From Lysobacterales bacterium (lineage in GTDB: Bacteria > Pseudomonadota > Gammaproteobacteria > Xanthomonadales > SZUA-5): a DNA stretch of 64,000 nt. The translations under genes were made by a program, and so were the position numbers. The notes under the pieces are model-generated. The model was not told the origin of the DNA. It saw only the letters and a program-made list of their open reading frames with translations, and did no database searches. Positions 9,907 to 17,811 of this stretch are shown piece after piece. Within the stretch, counting starts at the first letter, position 1. Each line of letters starts with the position of its first letter. The stretch is taken from positions 1 to 64,000 of the forward strand of contig JALHMH010000020.1 of the NCBI GenBank assembly GCA_022844165.1, read 5' to 3'.

Positions 9907-11364
9907 ATGTCCCGACGTACGAAAATCATCGCCACCCTCGGTCCGGCCACTGACAAATCCGGCATGTTGGCGAGTGTGCTTGAGGCAGGTGCGGATGTGA
10001 TCCGTCTGAACTTGTCGCACGGAACGGCGGAAGACCAGTTGCGGCGCGCTGAGGACTTGCGCCGAGTCGCCGCGTCTCTCGGTCGCGAGGTCGCCATTTT
10101 GGCCGATCTGCAAGGACCAAAGATTCGTATCGAACGTTTCGCCGATGGTGCGATCGAACTGATCCCTGGTCAGCCTTTCGTACTTGACTGTGTCGACCAA
10201 CCGCCAGCGGGTACGCAACATCGCGTTGGCGTGAGCTACAAACAACTGCACAACGACGTTCGTGCCGGTGACACGCTGTTGCTTGATGACGGGTTGCTGG
10301 CCTTAAAGGTCGAGCGTATCGACGGCTTGGAAATTCACACACAAGTCGCGATTGGTGGGCGGTTGTCCGACCGCAAAGGCATCAACCGCCTGGGTGGTGG
10401 TTTGAGTGTCGATGCGCTGAGCGACAAAGACCGCCGCGACATCGAATTGGCCGCGCGTATGGGAGCCGACTATCTCGCCGTGTCGTTTCCACGCACTGCT
10501 GCCGACATGAATCAAGCCCGCGCATTGCTGCGCGGCGCCGGATCCTCCGCAGCGCTCGTCGCCAAGATCGAACGCGCCGAAGCGATCGACAATCTAGCCG
10601 AAATCATTGAAGCATCGGATGCCGTGCTTGTGGCCCGCGGCGACCTGGGTGTCGAGATCGGTTATGCAGAACTACCGGGGCTGCAAAAACGCATCATCCG
10701 AGAGTCGGTCTTGCGGCATCGGGTGGTGATTACCGCCACGCAAATGCTGCAATCGATGGTCGAATCACCCATTCCAACGCGCGCCGAAGTGCTCGACGTT
10801 GCGAACGCGGTGCTCGATGGTTCCGACGCGGTGATGCTGTCGCAAGAAACCGCATCTGGCAAACATCCAGACAAAGCGGTGCAAGCGATGCGCAGCATTT
10901 GCGAAGCAGCCGAACGCCAGTTCGAGGCCATGGATGGAAATTTGTCGGCACCCACCGACATCCAGCGCATCGACCAGGCCATCGCGATGGCGGCGATGGC
11001 ACTCGCCAACCGAACTGGTGTGCGCGCCATCATCGCGCTGACTGAGTCGGGCGCGACCGCGCAGTGGCTCTCGCGTTTTCGCTCGCGTATTCCAATCTAT
11101 GCCATGAGCCGCCACCAGATGGCGCGGCAAAAAATGGCGCTGTATCGGGATGTATACCCCGTCGCTTTCGATCCTCAGGGCGGCGGCGTGACCCATTCGA
11201 CGCGCCTTGCGGTGGAGTTATTGCATGCTCAGGGCCGAATCACTGGCGGCGATCGCGTCGTCGTGACCACGGGGGACCATACCGGTCTGCTCGGTGGCAC
11301 CAACACGCTGAAACTGCTGCGTGTCGGCAACAACGGTACCCCGGAAGGCATGTCCGATTTGTGA
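9907..11364 (+). CDS. pyk: Pyruvate kinase
   Basis: RRTKIIATLGPA, RLNLSHG, DLQGPKIR, AKIE, VARGDLG, ATQML, PTRAEVLDVANAVLDG. Confidence 0.98.
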   Translation: MSRRTKIIATLGPATDKSGMLASVLEAGADVIRLNLSHGTAEDQLRRAEDLRRVAASLGREVAILADLQGPKIRIERFADGAIELIPGQPFVLDCVDQPPAGTQHRVGVSYKQLHNDVRAGDTLLLDDGLLALKVERIDGLEIHTQVAIGGRLSDRKGINRLGGGLSVDALSDKDRRDIELAARMGADYLAVSFPRTAADMNQARALLRGAGSSAALVAKIERAEAIDNLAEIIEASDAVLVARGDLGVEIGYAELPGLQKRIIRESVLRHRVVITATQMLQSMVESPIPTRAEVLDVANAVLDGSDAVMLSQETASGKHPDKAVQAMRSICEAAERQFEAMDGNLSAPTDIQRIDQAIAMAAMALANRTGVRAIIALTESGATAQWLSRFRSRIPIYAMSRHQMARQKMALYRDVYPVAFDPQGGGVTHSTRLAVELLHAQGRITGGDRVVVTTGDHTGLLGGTNTLKLLRVGNNGTPEGMSDL

Positions 11365-11442
11365 TTCAGGTTTTTGCGCGGCGGATCCTTGTGACCTTCA
11401 AGAAGGTCTGTGAACCCAGGCGCAACCAGACCCTTGACCCGG

Positions 11443-11471
11443 TTGCGAGAACGCCCTGAGCGCACTATGCT
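11443..11471 (+). promoter_or_regulatory. Putative sigma70 promoter of tRNA-Pro
   Basis: TTGCGA-17 nt-TATGCT followed by a GC-rich discriminator GCGCGGC. Confidence 0.6.
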
Positions 11472-11487
11472 GCGCGGCTCTTCCCAT

Positions 11488-11571
<84 letters not shown>

Positions 11572-11590
11572 TTGAGTTTCAAGCACATAT

Positions 11591-11620
11591 GACGCCCCGG
11601 AAACGGGGCGTTGTTGTTTC
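11591..11620 (+). terminator. Rho-independent terminator after tRNA-Pro (element-supplied)
   Basis: gacgccccg-gaaa-cggggcgtt followed by gttgtttc. Confidence 0.8.
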
Positions 11621-11629
11621 CGAGGTCCG

Positions 11630-11652
11630 TAAGTGCGTGGTAAGTGCAATCG
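11630..11652 (+). promoter_or_regulatory. Putative integrase arm-binding sites (left)
   Basis: TAAGTGCGTGGTAAGTGCAATCG matches 22836-22858 with one mismatch; contains tandem TAAGTGC at 11-bp period. Confidence 0.7.
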
Positions 11653-11736
11653 ACCGGACGAAACGGGACATTTCTGCTACCTGACATCGCTCTTGCTGGT
11701 ACGCTATCAGGCGAAATTAGCCACTTGAGTTCCACC

Positions 11737-12030
11737 ATGACTGCCAAGGAAGTCGCCGATTGGTTCAAGACGTATGCCAGCTTCGGATACCCCCTGCAAG
11801 CGGGATACGCGAGTGACCTTCTTATCAAGATCCTGGAAATCCGAGCATCGGGCGGGCCTAAGCCCGATGAGGTTCGAGAGCATCTCGAACTCGACGACAT
11901 GCGAGATGACCGACGCAATAATGTCCGGCAAGCAATGGACGTCTGGGACAATTGGCAAGTCCTTCTCGACACTGGCCTGCGCGAGGGTTTGATCAAGGTC
12001 AATCCGCGCCCCACTAGGAAGCAAGACTGA
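11737..12030 (+). CDS. Hypothetical protein (satellite cargo)
   Basis: 97-aa ORF, the only plus-strand candidate gene in the element. Confidence 0.5.
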   Translation: MTAKEVADWFKTYASFGYPLQAGYASDLLIKILEIRASGGPKPDEVREHLELDDMRDDRRNNVRQAMDVWDNWQVLLDTGLREGLIKVNPRPTRKQD

Positions 12031-12105
12031 CCAGCGCGAACGACAATGGATGTAACGCAGCGCCGGGAAATCGAGCGACTGATAGCCGAATGCGCACGCA
12101 ACTAT

Positions 12106-12642
12106 CTACCTGCGAATCCCGGCAAGTCCCGGAAGATGCGCCTGAACTGGAACTGGTGGCTTGGTCACTATCAGAGGGTGTCCTCCCACGTTTCCGCTTA
12201 GTTTGAGTAGGCCAAGCGAATTGTTCTTCGCTGAGTCCTTTCCGTCAAACGTATGGAACTCCTTAGCGCGATACAAGATCGCGCTTGCCAAGTGCAAGGA
12301 GTCGGGCCAGCTCACTGTTCTGCCGGCGTATTCCTCGCGCGCCAAGTACCAGTTGCGGATGTCTCGCGCCAACTTCGCAACGCGGATATCCACCGCCAGA
12401 CGAGTGAAATTCGACCGTTGCATAACATCTTCCAACTGACCTTCGGTTCCTGCAGGAATCTTGATCGAAGTCATTTCGGTGATCGTAATCACCGAGGTGA
12501 TCAAGCTGATCTGCCGCTTGTGGAAGCGCTCAATCATGCTGGCGATCGCATCCATTTCGCCAGGTTGACGGCTTGTCTCATTCTTGAGCCAAGCCAAGAA
12601 CAAACAGGTATCCCAATAGAAGATGGGGTTATTCCCACTCAT
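12106..12642 (-). CDS. PIN-domain (VapC-like) nuclease
   Basis: FYWDTCLFL, TSVITITE, WPDSLHLASA, FHTFD: acidic PIN tetrad pattern. Confidence 0.85.
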   Translation of the reverse strand: MSGNNPIFYWDTCLFLAWLKNETSRQPGEMDAIASMIERFHKRQISLITSVITITEMTSIKIPAGTEGQLEDVMQRSNFTRLAVDIRVAKLARDIRNWYLAREEYAGRTVSWPDSLHLASAILYRAKEFHTFDGKDSAKNNSLGLLKLSGNVGGHPLIVTKPPVPVQAHLPGLAGIRR

Positions 12643-13435
12643 CGCGCACCTGCCTCACAAAATCCTCCGATGTGAGATCGTCTGTTGCGTCGGGAGCCAA
12701 GCCAAGCAAGTCGTACCAGCCAGGGAGTTGCGCATCAACGCCATAGACTTCGATCTGAGTGGCCTCAATCTCATGTGGGAAGGGCGTGAACTTCCGGAAT
12801 TTTGCAACACCGCTGACTGCGACTCGCCGTCGAATCGCGCCAATTCCCTTCTCCGTCAAGTACTCGGGCAGACGGCATTTAATGCGGCTCGGGCCAACGT
12901 CGGGAAAGATCGTGAAGACGTTTGCCTCGTCGTGGACGTTTACCCGTTCCAACATGCCCTCGACAGTCGTGATGCACTCCTCCTGCTCTGCCTGGACCGC
13001 CTTGACTGCATTTGCCAAGGTGGCGGTTAGCGGATACTGCTTGTCGTGAATCAGAATTCTTGCAGCCTTCAGCGTTTCGCCAACAGGCGACGCGAGTTCT
13101 TTGATGTCGTTCAGTAGTTCAAAATCGCTGTTCTCGTTGAATTCTCCGCGCTGAACCGCCTCTATCGCGCCCGCGAGCAAGCTCAGAGCGCTTGTACGAC
13201 AGTCGTGCATAGCATTGCTCGCGACACGCGCCTCAAGTTCAATCGTCGCTGGGCTGCTGTGTGAGAGTCCGACAACGGCGAAGAAGCTACATCGCTTCCC
13301 GTTGGATACATGGGCGTCGGCTCTGCCAAGCGCTGTGTGCAGTTTTTGAAGCTCGCTCGCGAACACTTCAAGGCGAACATGACCATCGTCGATGTCTAAG
13401 CCTTCAATGATCAGCTTGATACGGTGGCTGGTCAT
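12629..13435 (-). CDS. Hypothetical protein coupled to the PIN gene (putative large antitoxin/sensor)
   Basis: 268-aa ORF overlapping the PIN start by 14 nt; acidic C-terminal tail LLGLAPDATDDLTSEDFVRQVRDEWE. Confidence 0.75.
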   Translation of the reverse strand: MTSHRIKLIIEGLDIDDGHVRLEVFASELQKLHTALGRADAHVSNGKRCSFFAVVGLSHSSPATIELEARVASNAMHDCRTSALSLLAGAIEAVQRGEFNENSDFELLNDIKELASPVGETLKAARILIHDKQYPLTATLANAVKAVQAEQEECITTVEGMLERVNVHDEANVFTIFPDVGPSRIKCRLPEYLTEKGIGAIRRRVAVSGVAKFRKFTPFPHEIEATQIEVYGVDAQLPGWYDLLGLAPDATDDLTSEDFVRQVRDEWE

Positions 13436-13550
13436 TCTTCATCCCCTGAGCGTACAAGGGCGTTCGCCGTCAAGCCTAGGTTAACAGGATCGCGGAGCAT
13501 TCGAAATCTTGGCTCTTGGCTTACAAGGACCACAGCTTCGCGCATCTTCG

Positions 13551-14420
13551 TTAGTCCCGCCTCACCGGCTGGTTCTTTCGTTTCCGGAGCACGTCGGCCA
13601 TGTGCTTGTAAGTGCCAGCGATCACGTTCCCGGTGTTTACGAGTATGTCCCGGCCGCTGTCCTCACCTAGTCGGCGTACGCTAATCCTGACTCGATAGGC
13701 CTCGTCTCTTTGCGGCCCGTTCATTTCGAACAAGGTGACGTGTTCTGCTTCATCGACCAAACGCGGCTGCAGTCCGCCAGCCTTGTCGAGCAGGAGTTTG
13801 ACGACGTGAAGTTTTGCAGCTCCAACACCTTCGGCTTCCGTGGTCCTCGTGAACACCCGCGTAGCGACCGGTGTCGCGAGAATTTCGATAATCGTAAGAC
13901 AGGTGTGCGGTTCGTTGTTCGGAATCTGCACGTAGTTGAGAGTGATCGCGAGTCGTCCGTTGACCTTGCGCCAGTCTATGGACCAATCGGTGTGATAAGT
14001 CGTCTCCCTGATGCGACCCAACGACGCGCTGGTTACCTTCGCGATGCCCTCCATAATTGATTTGAATCCCGCATCAAAGTCAGTGCGGAAATCTGCGAAC
14101 AACTTGCCGCGCGCGAAAATCGGTACAGCGCACTCATCCAACCTTACGGGCATCACGACAACCCGTCTTTCCTCAAGCTCTCGAAGCAACCCTGCTGAAA
14201 GCTCCTTTCTGCACCACTCTGATTCCACAGATGCCTTAGACAAGATCACCAACAAGGCACTGGCACCGTCGACGGCTTCCTGGACCCTCTCGACAATCGA
14301 CTCGCCGACCGACAATTCCCATCGGTCGAGCCAAATGTGGACATTGCTTCGTACTAGCTGCATCGCTAGACGGTCTACGAAGTCCTTGTCGTTGTGCGAA
14401 TAGCTGATGAATACGGGCAT
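13551..14420 (-). CDS. TIR-domain protein with unknown C-terminal domain
   Basis: VFISYSHNDK, WLDRWE, SKASVESEWCRKE (catalytic-type Glu), KLFADF. Confidence 0.9.
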   Translation of the reverse strand: MPVFISYSHNDKDFVDRLAMQLVRSNVHIWLDRWELSVGESIVERVQEAVDGASALLVILSKASVESEWCRKELSAGLLRELEERRVVVMPVRLDECAVPIFARGKLFADFRTDFDAGFKSIMEGIAKVTSASLGRIRETTYHTDWSIDWRKVNGRLAITLNYVQIPNNEPHTCLTIIEILATPVATRVFTRTTEAEGVGAAKLHVVKLLLDKAGGLQPRLVDEAEHVTLFEMNGPQRDEAYRVRISVRRLGEDSGRDILVNTGNVIAGTYKHMADVLRKRKNQPVRRD

Positions 14421-14596
14421 GCGAAGTAGCTTGGTGGTTAGGGAGAGTCTCGGCTGCTCGTACGCGGACGCTAGTTCGCAACCGTCGATACTCACTTTGC
14501 GCGCGCTCGGATTGTCTCAGGCGCGATTGCGCGCTGACCAGCGTCTTTTTCTCGCAAATTCTGACTGGCGTTGTTGTGGTCGAGCGCGAGCCGCTC

Positions 14597-14857
14597 TCAA
14601 TGCCTGCGCGTCGAAGTCTGCGCGATCAGGTCGGCGCACCAATCCTCGAAGGCCTGCATCTCGTCAGCCGTCCATGCGGGATTGGGCGCCAGTGTTGCCA
14701 GTAGCGCGGCGATCGCCTGTTCGGCTTCGATGCGGGTGTTTCGGCAGTCTGCCGGATCGGCCACCATGCGCCTGTCGGCTGCCGCGCAAAGTGCATCGAG
14801 CGCATGGGTGTACTGCGCTCGGAAACGTGACGGCAGATCGAACGATTTCGTGCGCAT
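14597..14857 (-). CDS. Hypothetical protein
   Basis: 86-aa ORF with a GGAAGG RBS-like sequence, at the end of the satellite minus-strand operon. Confidence 0.5.
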   Translation of the reverse strand: MRTKSFDLPSRFRAQYTHALDALCAAADRRMVADPADCRNTRIEAEQAIAALLATLAPNPAWTADEMQAFEDWCADLIAQTSTRRH

Positions 14858-14959
14858 CGGTGCCTTCCCAGTTTTGAAGAATTGCCGCGTCACGGGAGAT
14901 TCGCTGCGGCTGCCGGGGTTTTGCACGCTCGGGCACTGGCCGGCTAATCCCGTCGACAA

Positions 14960-15382
14960 CTACATGCGCCCAGGGGCAATCTTGGCGTGAATGGCGTCCC
15001 ACGACTTACCGGCGTCCGGCTTGGCGCCATCGGGCGCGCTGGCATGCGGCGCCGGGTTCGGCGCGTCTCGGCGAATCGCGTCAAGCGTGATGCCTCGGTC
15101 GGCTTGTTCGCGAATCATGGCCAGCGCAAATTGCTCGAGCGTAGAGCCGTCTTCGATGGCCGAATCGGCGAGTCTTTCGAAGCCGGGCCGCACCATCTGC
15201 TGAATTGATCGAATGCGCGAGCGCTCTACCTTGACGGCGGCCTCATGGTCCCGGCCCTGCTGCGAATCCAGCCAGAGCCGGCGCACGTCTTCGAGCTTCT
15301 GTTGATGCGCGGCAATTTCAGCGTGAGCGTGCGCAAGCTCGATGCGAAGACGTTCGTTTTCGGCGGTTAAGTCGGTCGTCAT
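14960..15382 (-). CDS. Coiled-coil protein resembling phage head scaffold domains
   Basis: ERSRIRSIQQMVRPGFERLADSAIEDGSTLEQFALAMI recalls the scaffold region of lambdoid head-maturation proteases; ATGA-coupled to the upstream gene. Confidence 0.6.
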   Translation of the reverse strand: MTTDLTAENERLRIELAHAHAEIAAHQQKLEDVRRLWLDSQQGRDHEAAVKVERSRIRSIQQMVRPGFERLADSAIEDGSTLEQFALAMIREQADRGITLDAIRRDAPNPAPHASAPDGAKPDAGKSWDAIHAKIAPGRM

Positions 15383-15873
15383 AGGTCAGTTGCCCACACT
15401 CCAAGAATTACCTTTGCATCGGCCTCAGCGCGTCGAGGGATGAAGCCGTTTCCTTCCGCCTTGAGGATTTCGCGCTCTTCGCGCACTTCCAGCTCGCGCA
15501 ATTCGCGCCTCAACTTCGCCAGTTGCGCAGATCGCTCGCCAGCGCTTAGCGGCGTGTGTGAGCCCATGCGCGCGGTCAACAACGCTCGCGCTTGTTTCTC
15601 GACGTGGTCGCGGCCGAGCAGCAGGAACAAGGCTTGCGTGATGGCGGTAGGATCGGGCCAGGACGGGCCAATGGCAAAGGGCTGTTCTCCGCCGTCTGAC
15701 GCGAGGACGCCTTCCAGCAAGGCGCGGCCGCCTGCCAGCGCATCCGGCGAATCGAACAAGCCAGCGATGGTTGCGGCACCTTCATCAACGCTGCGCATGG
15801 ACTCGCCGATGTCGGCGATTTCGCTAAGCTTGGCGTCGAGTGATTCGCGGAGTTTTTCGATAGCCGGGGTCAT
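15379..15873 (-). CDS. Hypothetical protein
   Basis: 164-aa helical ORF, ATGA-coupled on both sides. Confidence 0.7.
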   Translation of the reverse strand: MTPAIEKLRESLDAKLSEIADIGESMRSVDEGAATIAGLFDSPDALAGGRALLEGVLASDGGEQPFAIGPSWPDPTAITQALFLLLGRDHVEKQARALLTARMGSHTPLSAGERSAQLAKLRRELRELEVREEREILKAEGNGFIPRRAEADAKVILGVWATDL

Positions 15874-16307
15874 GCGGGCAATACCTCGCCGCTCTGCGTG
15901 CTGCCTTCGCTGAAGGCGATCCCGAGCGTGCGTCGCGTGGTCTTAAGCTCCCTCACAATGGCATCCACCAGCTGATTCGCAGGCGCCGAAACTTGGTTCA
16001 GCGCGGACGCTTCGTCAATCGTCGTTTGCCTGTCGGATCGCATCGCAGCGATGCGGTCTCGAATACCTTGCAAGTGCGCGTCCAGGGAGGCGTGCTCAGC
16101 TTGGACTGCCGAGATGTGCAAGCCGGCGCGCAGGTAGTGAAGCCGGCGCTCGATTTCCGGTAACTGGCGTTCGAGCGCCTGCGCATCCTGGCGCAGCTGG
16201 TCGGCGCGCTGCTGGAGTGCCGAAATCTTGGCGCGCGTGGCGAACGCGGTCAACGCGATGGTGCGCAACTTGGCTTGAATCTTGGGCGTTACATGTTGTG
16301 TGTTCAT
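15870..16307 (-). CDS. Hypothetical coiled-coil protein
   Basis: Heptad-rich ORF (KISALQQRADQLRQDAQALERQL), coupled to the downstream gene. Confidence 0.65.
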   Translation of the reverse strand: MNTQHVTPKIQAKLRTIALTAFATRAKISALQQRADQLRQDAQALERQLPEIERRLHYLRAGLHISAVQAEHASLDAHLQGIRDRIAAMRSDRQTTIDEASALNQVSAPANQLVDAIVRELKTTRRTLGIAFSEGSTQSGEVLPA

Positions 16308-16382
16308 GGCGCAAATGCTGGCGACCTGCGCGCCTGTTTGCATCGTAGGTTTGGCGGCGAATGTCGGCGATTGGCGCACGGT

Positions 16383-16634
16383 CTATGCCGCGCGATCGCG
16401 TCCGGCGTTCAGGTGGTCGACCACGTCGACAAGCCGATAGAACACACGGCCGCCAGAAGGCAGTCGATAGCCAGTCGGGCCGACTCCCATCTCTCGCCAG
16501 CGCTCGATGGTGCGCGGGCTGACGCCCAGGACTTCGGCCAACGTCGCGGCGCTCACCGAGCCGCTAAGCGTAACGCTTCCGCCTCGGGCGCGAATCTCGC
16601 GCTCCAAAGTTTCGGCGGTGTAGGCTGCCTTCAT
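16383..16634 (-). CDS. Helix-turn-helix (AlpA/Xis-like) protein
   Basis: VSAATLAEVLGVSPRTIERWREMGVGP...GGRVFYRL. Confidence 0.8.
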   Translation of the reverse strand: MKAAYTAETLEREIRARGGSVTLSGSVSAATLAEVLGVSPRTIERWREMGVGPTGYRLPSGGRVFYRLVDVVDHLNAGRDRAA

Positions 16635-17116
16635 GGCGTCGGCTCCTTGCCGGTTTCCGCGCGTTTGCAAACACTATCGATCACCGACACCATTTGCTCC
16701 CGCGTAGAGCACATCACATTGCGGATATATGCGACCGAATCGCTGTCGATGCGCCTGTCGCGCTCCAAGCGATCCGCGACCGTATCCAGTTCGCGCACCA
16801 TCGGACCAGCAAGGCGACCGAGCACGTCGGCGACGTCTTCGCGGCGCATCAGGTTGCCGGCCTCGACGCCAAGTTTCAGCCGATCGCGCTCGGCGGCATA
16901 GTAGGCGCGCAGCTCGAAGGGGGACATTTTGTCCGGGTCACGGTTGCCAGCGCGCGCACTGAATGCGCAAATGATGGCCGGCAGGTCATAGACCGGGTAT
17001 CCGCCACGCTGGCCGGCAGGCTCGGCGCCGGATTCGGCCAGCTTGCGCGAGACTGTCTCGCGAGCCATTTTCATTTCTCTGGAAATCTCGCTGATGCTGA
17101 AAATCAGTTCACGCAT
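16631..17116 (-). CDS. DUF1441 family / lambda Nu1-like terminase small subunit homologue
   Basis: N-terminal wHTH (FSISEISREMKMARETVSRKL), DPDKMSPFELRAYYAAERDRLKL, GNLMRRED; lies directly downstream of cos-like sites. Confidence 0.75.
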   Translation of the reverse strand: MRELIFSISEISREMKMARETVSRKLAESGAEPAGQRGGYPVYDLPAIICAFSARAGNRDPDKMSPFELRAYYAAERDRLKLGVEAGNLMRREDVADVLGRLAGPMVRELDTVADRLERDRRIDSDSVAYIRNVMCSTREQMVSVIDSVCKRAETGKEPTP

Positions 17117-17214
17117 ACGCCTCACCCTCGATACAGTTGTGACAACTCGTTTCCCTCGTACCTAAGCCAAAAACGCCCATCTGTTGCTGCGTCCCTGGGC
17201 TACCGAAAAACTGT

Positions 17215-17468
17215 CGAAAACCGCGGCCTTGGCCCCGTGGTACGTGAAACAGGCCGGGAAAGAACCTAAGCCCCCCGGACCGATTGCTGGCAGGTTCGCC
17301 GGGGTCCTTCCGGCTGTGCGCGTCCATGGCGGGTGCGGAGCCGTGTGGCGTGCGTAGCGTGAGAACCGCAAGAAATGTCCGTCCCAGGTAGGAAATCGGC
17401 GCGCGCCTGCCGCTGATCGAGCGAAGCGATCTATCGATCCGCTTGCAATAAGCCCATGAATAGGACCC
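17215..17468. other. Cluster of lambda-like cos (cosQ/cosN) candidates
   Basis: Three cosQ-like heptamers (AGGTTCT minus, GGGTCCT plus, GGGTCCT minus), each followed after 22-25 nt by a CG-G(N9-10)-CG cosN-like segment. Confidence 0.6.
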
Positions 17469-17484
17469 TCCGGCCCACCATGCG

Positions 17485-17811
17485 TCATCGCAACGGCTCC
17501 GCTGCGGCGACGCGCTCGGGTCCAAACTGGTCGCGCACCGTCCGCAGCATCTCGTCGGAATCAGAATTGGCTGTGTCGATTGCTGTGCATCCGGTTCCAT
17601 CGACGAATCTGATGCGCCAGGCTCGACACCGGGACAGCGGTTCGTTCGCGCATCGTCGAAGGTGCGCGATCACTTCGACCTTGTTCGCGATCAGCAGCGC
17701 GCGCAGATCGGGCGGCAGTCTGGTCGCTGGTGTGATCGAGAGTAGGTCGCCCTTCGCCTTAAGCGTGAGCCCGGCAGCAGAGGCGGTGCGGATGATCTCG
17801 GCGGCGGTCAT
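17485..17811 (-). CDS. Small protein with TubC_N-like N-terminal domain
   Basis: MTAAEIIRTASAAGLTLKAKGDLLSITPATRLPPDLRALLIANKVEVIAHL; ATGA-coupled to the helicase. Confidence 0.65.
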   Translation of the reverse strand: MTAAEIIRTASAAGLTLKAKGDLLSITPATRLPPDLRALLIANKVEVIAHLRRCANEPLSRCRAWRIRFVDGTGCTAIDTANSDSDEMLRTVRDQFGPERVAAAEPLR

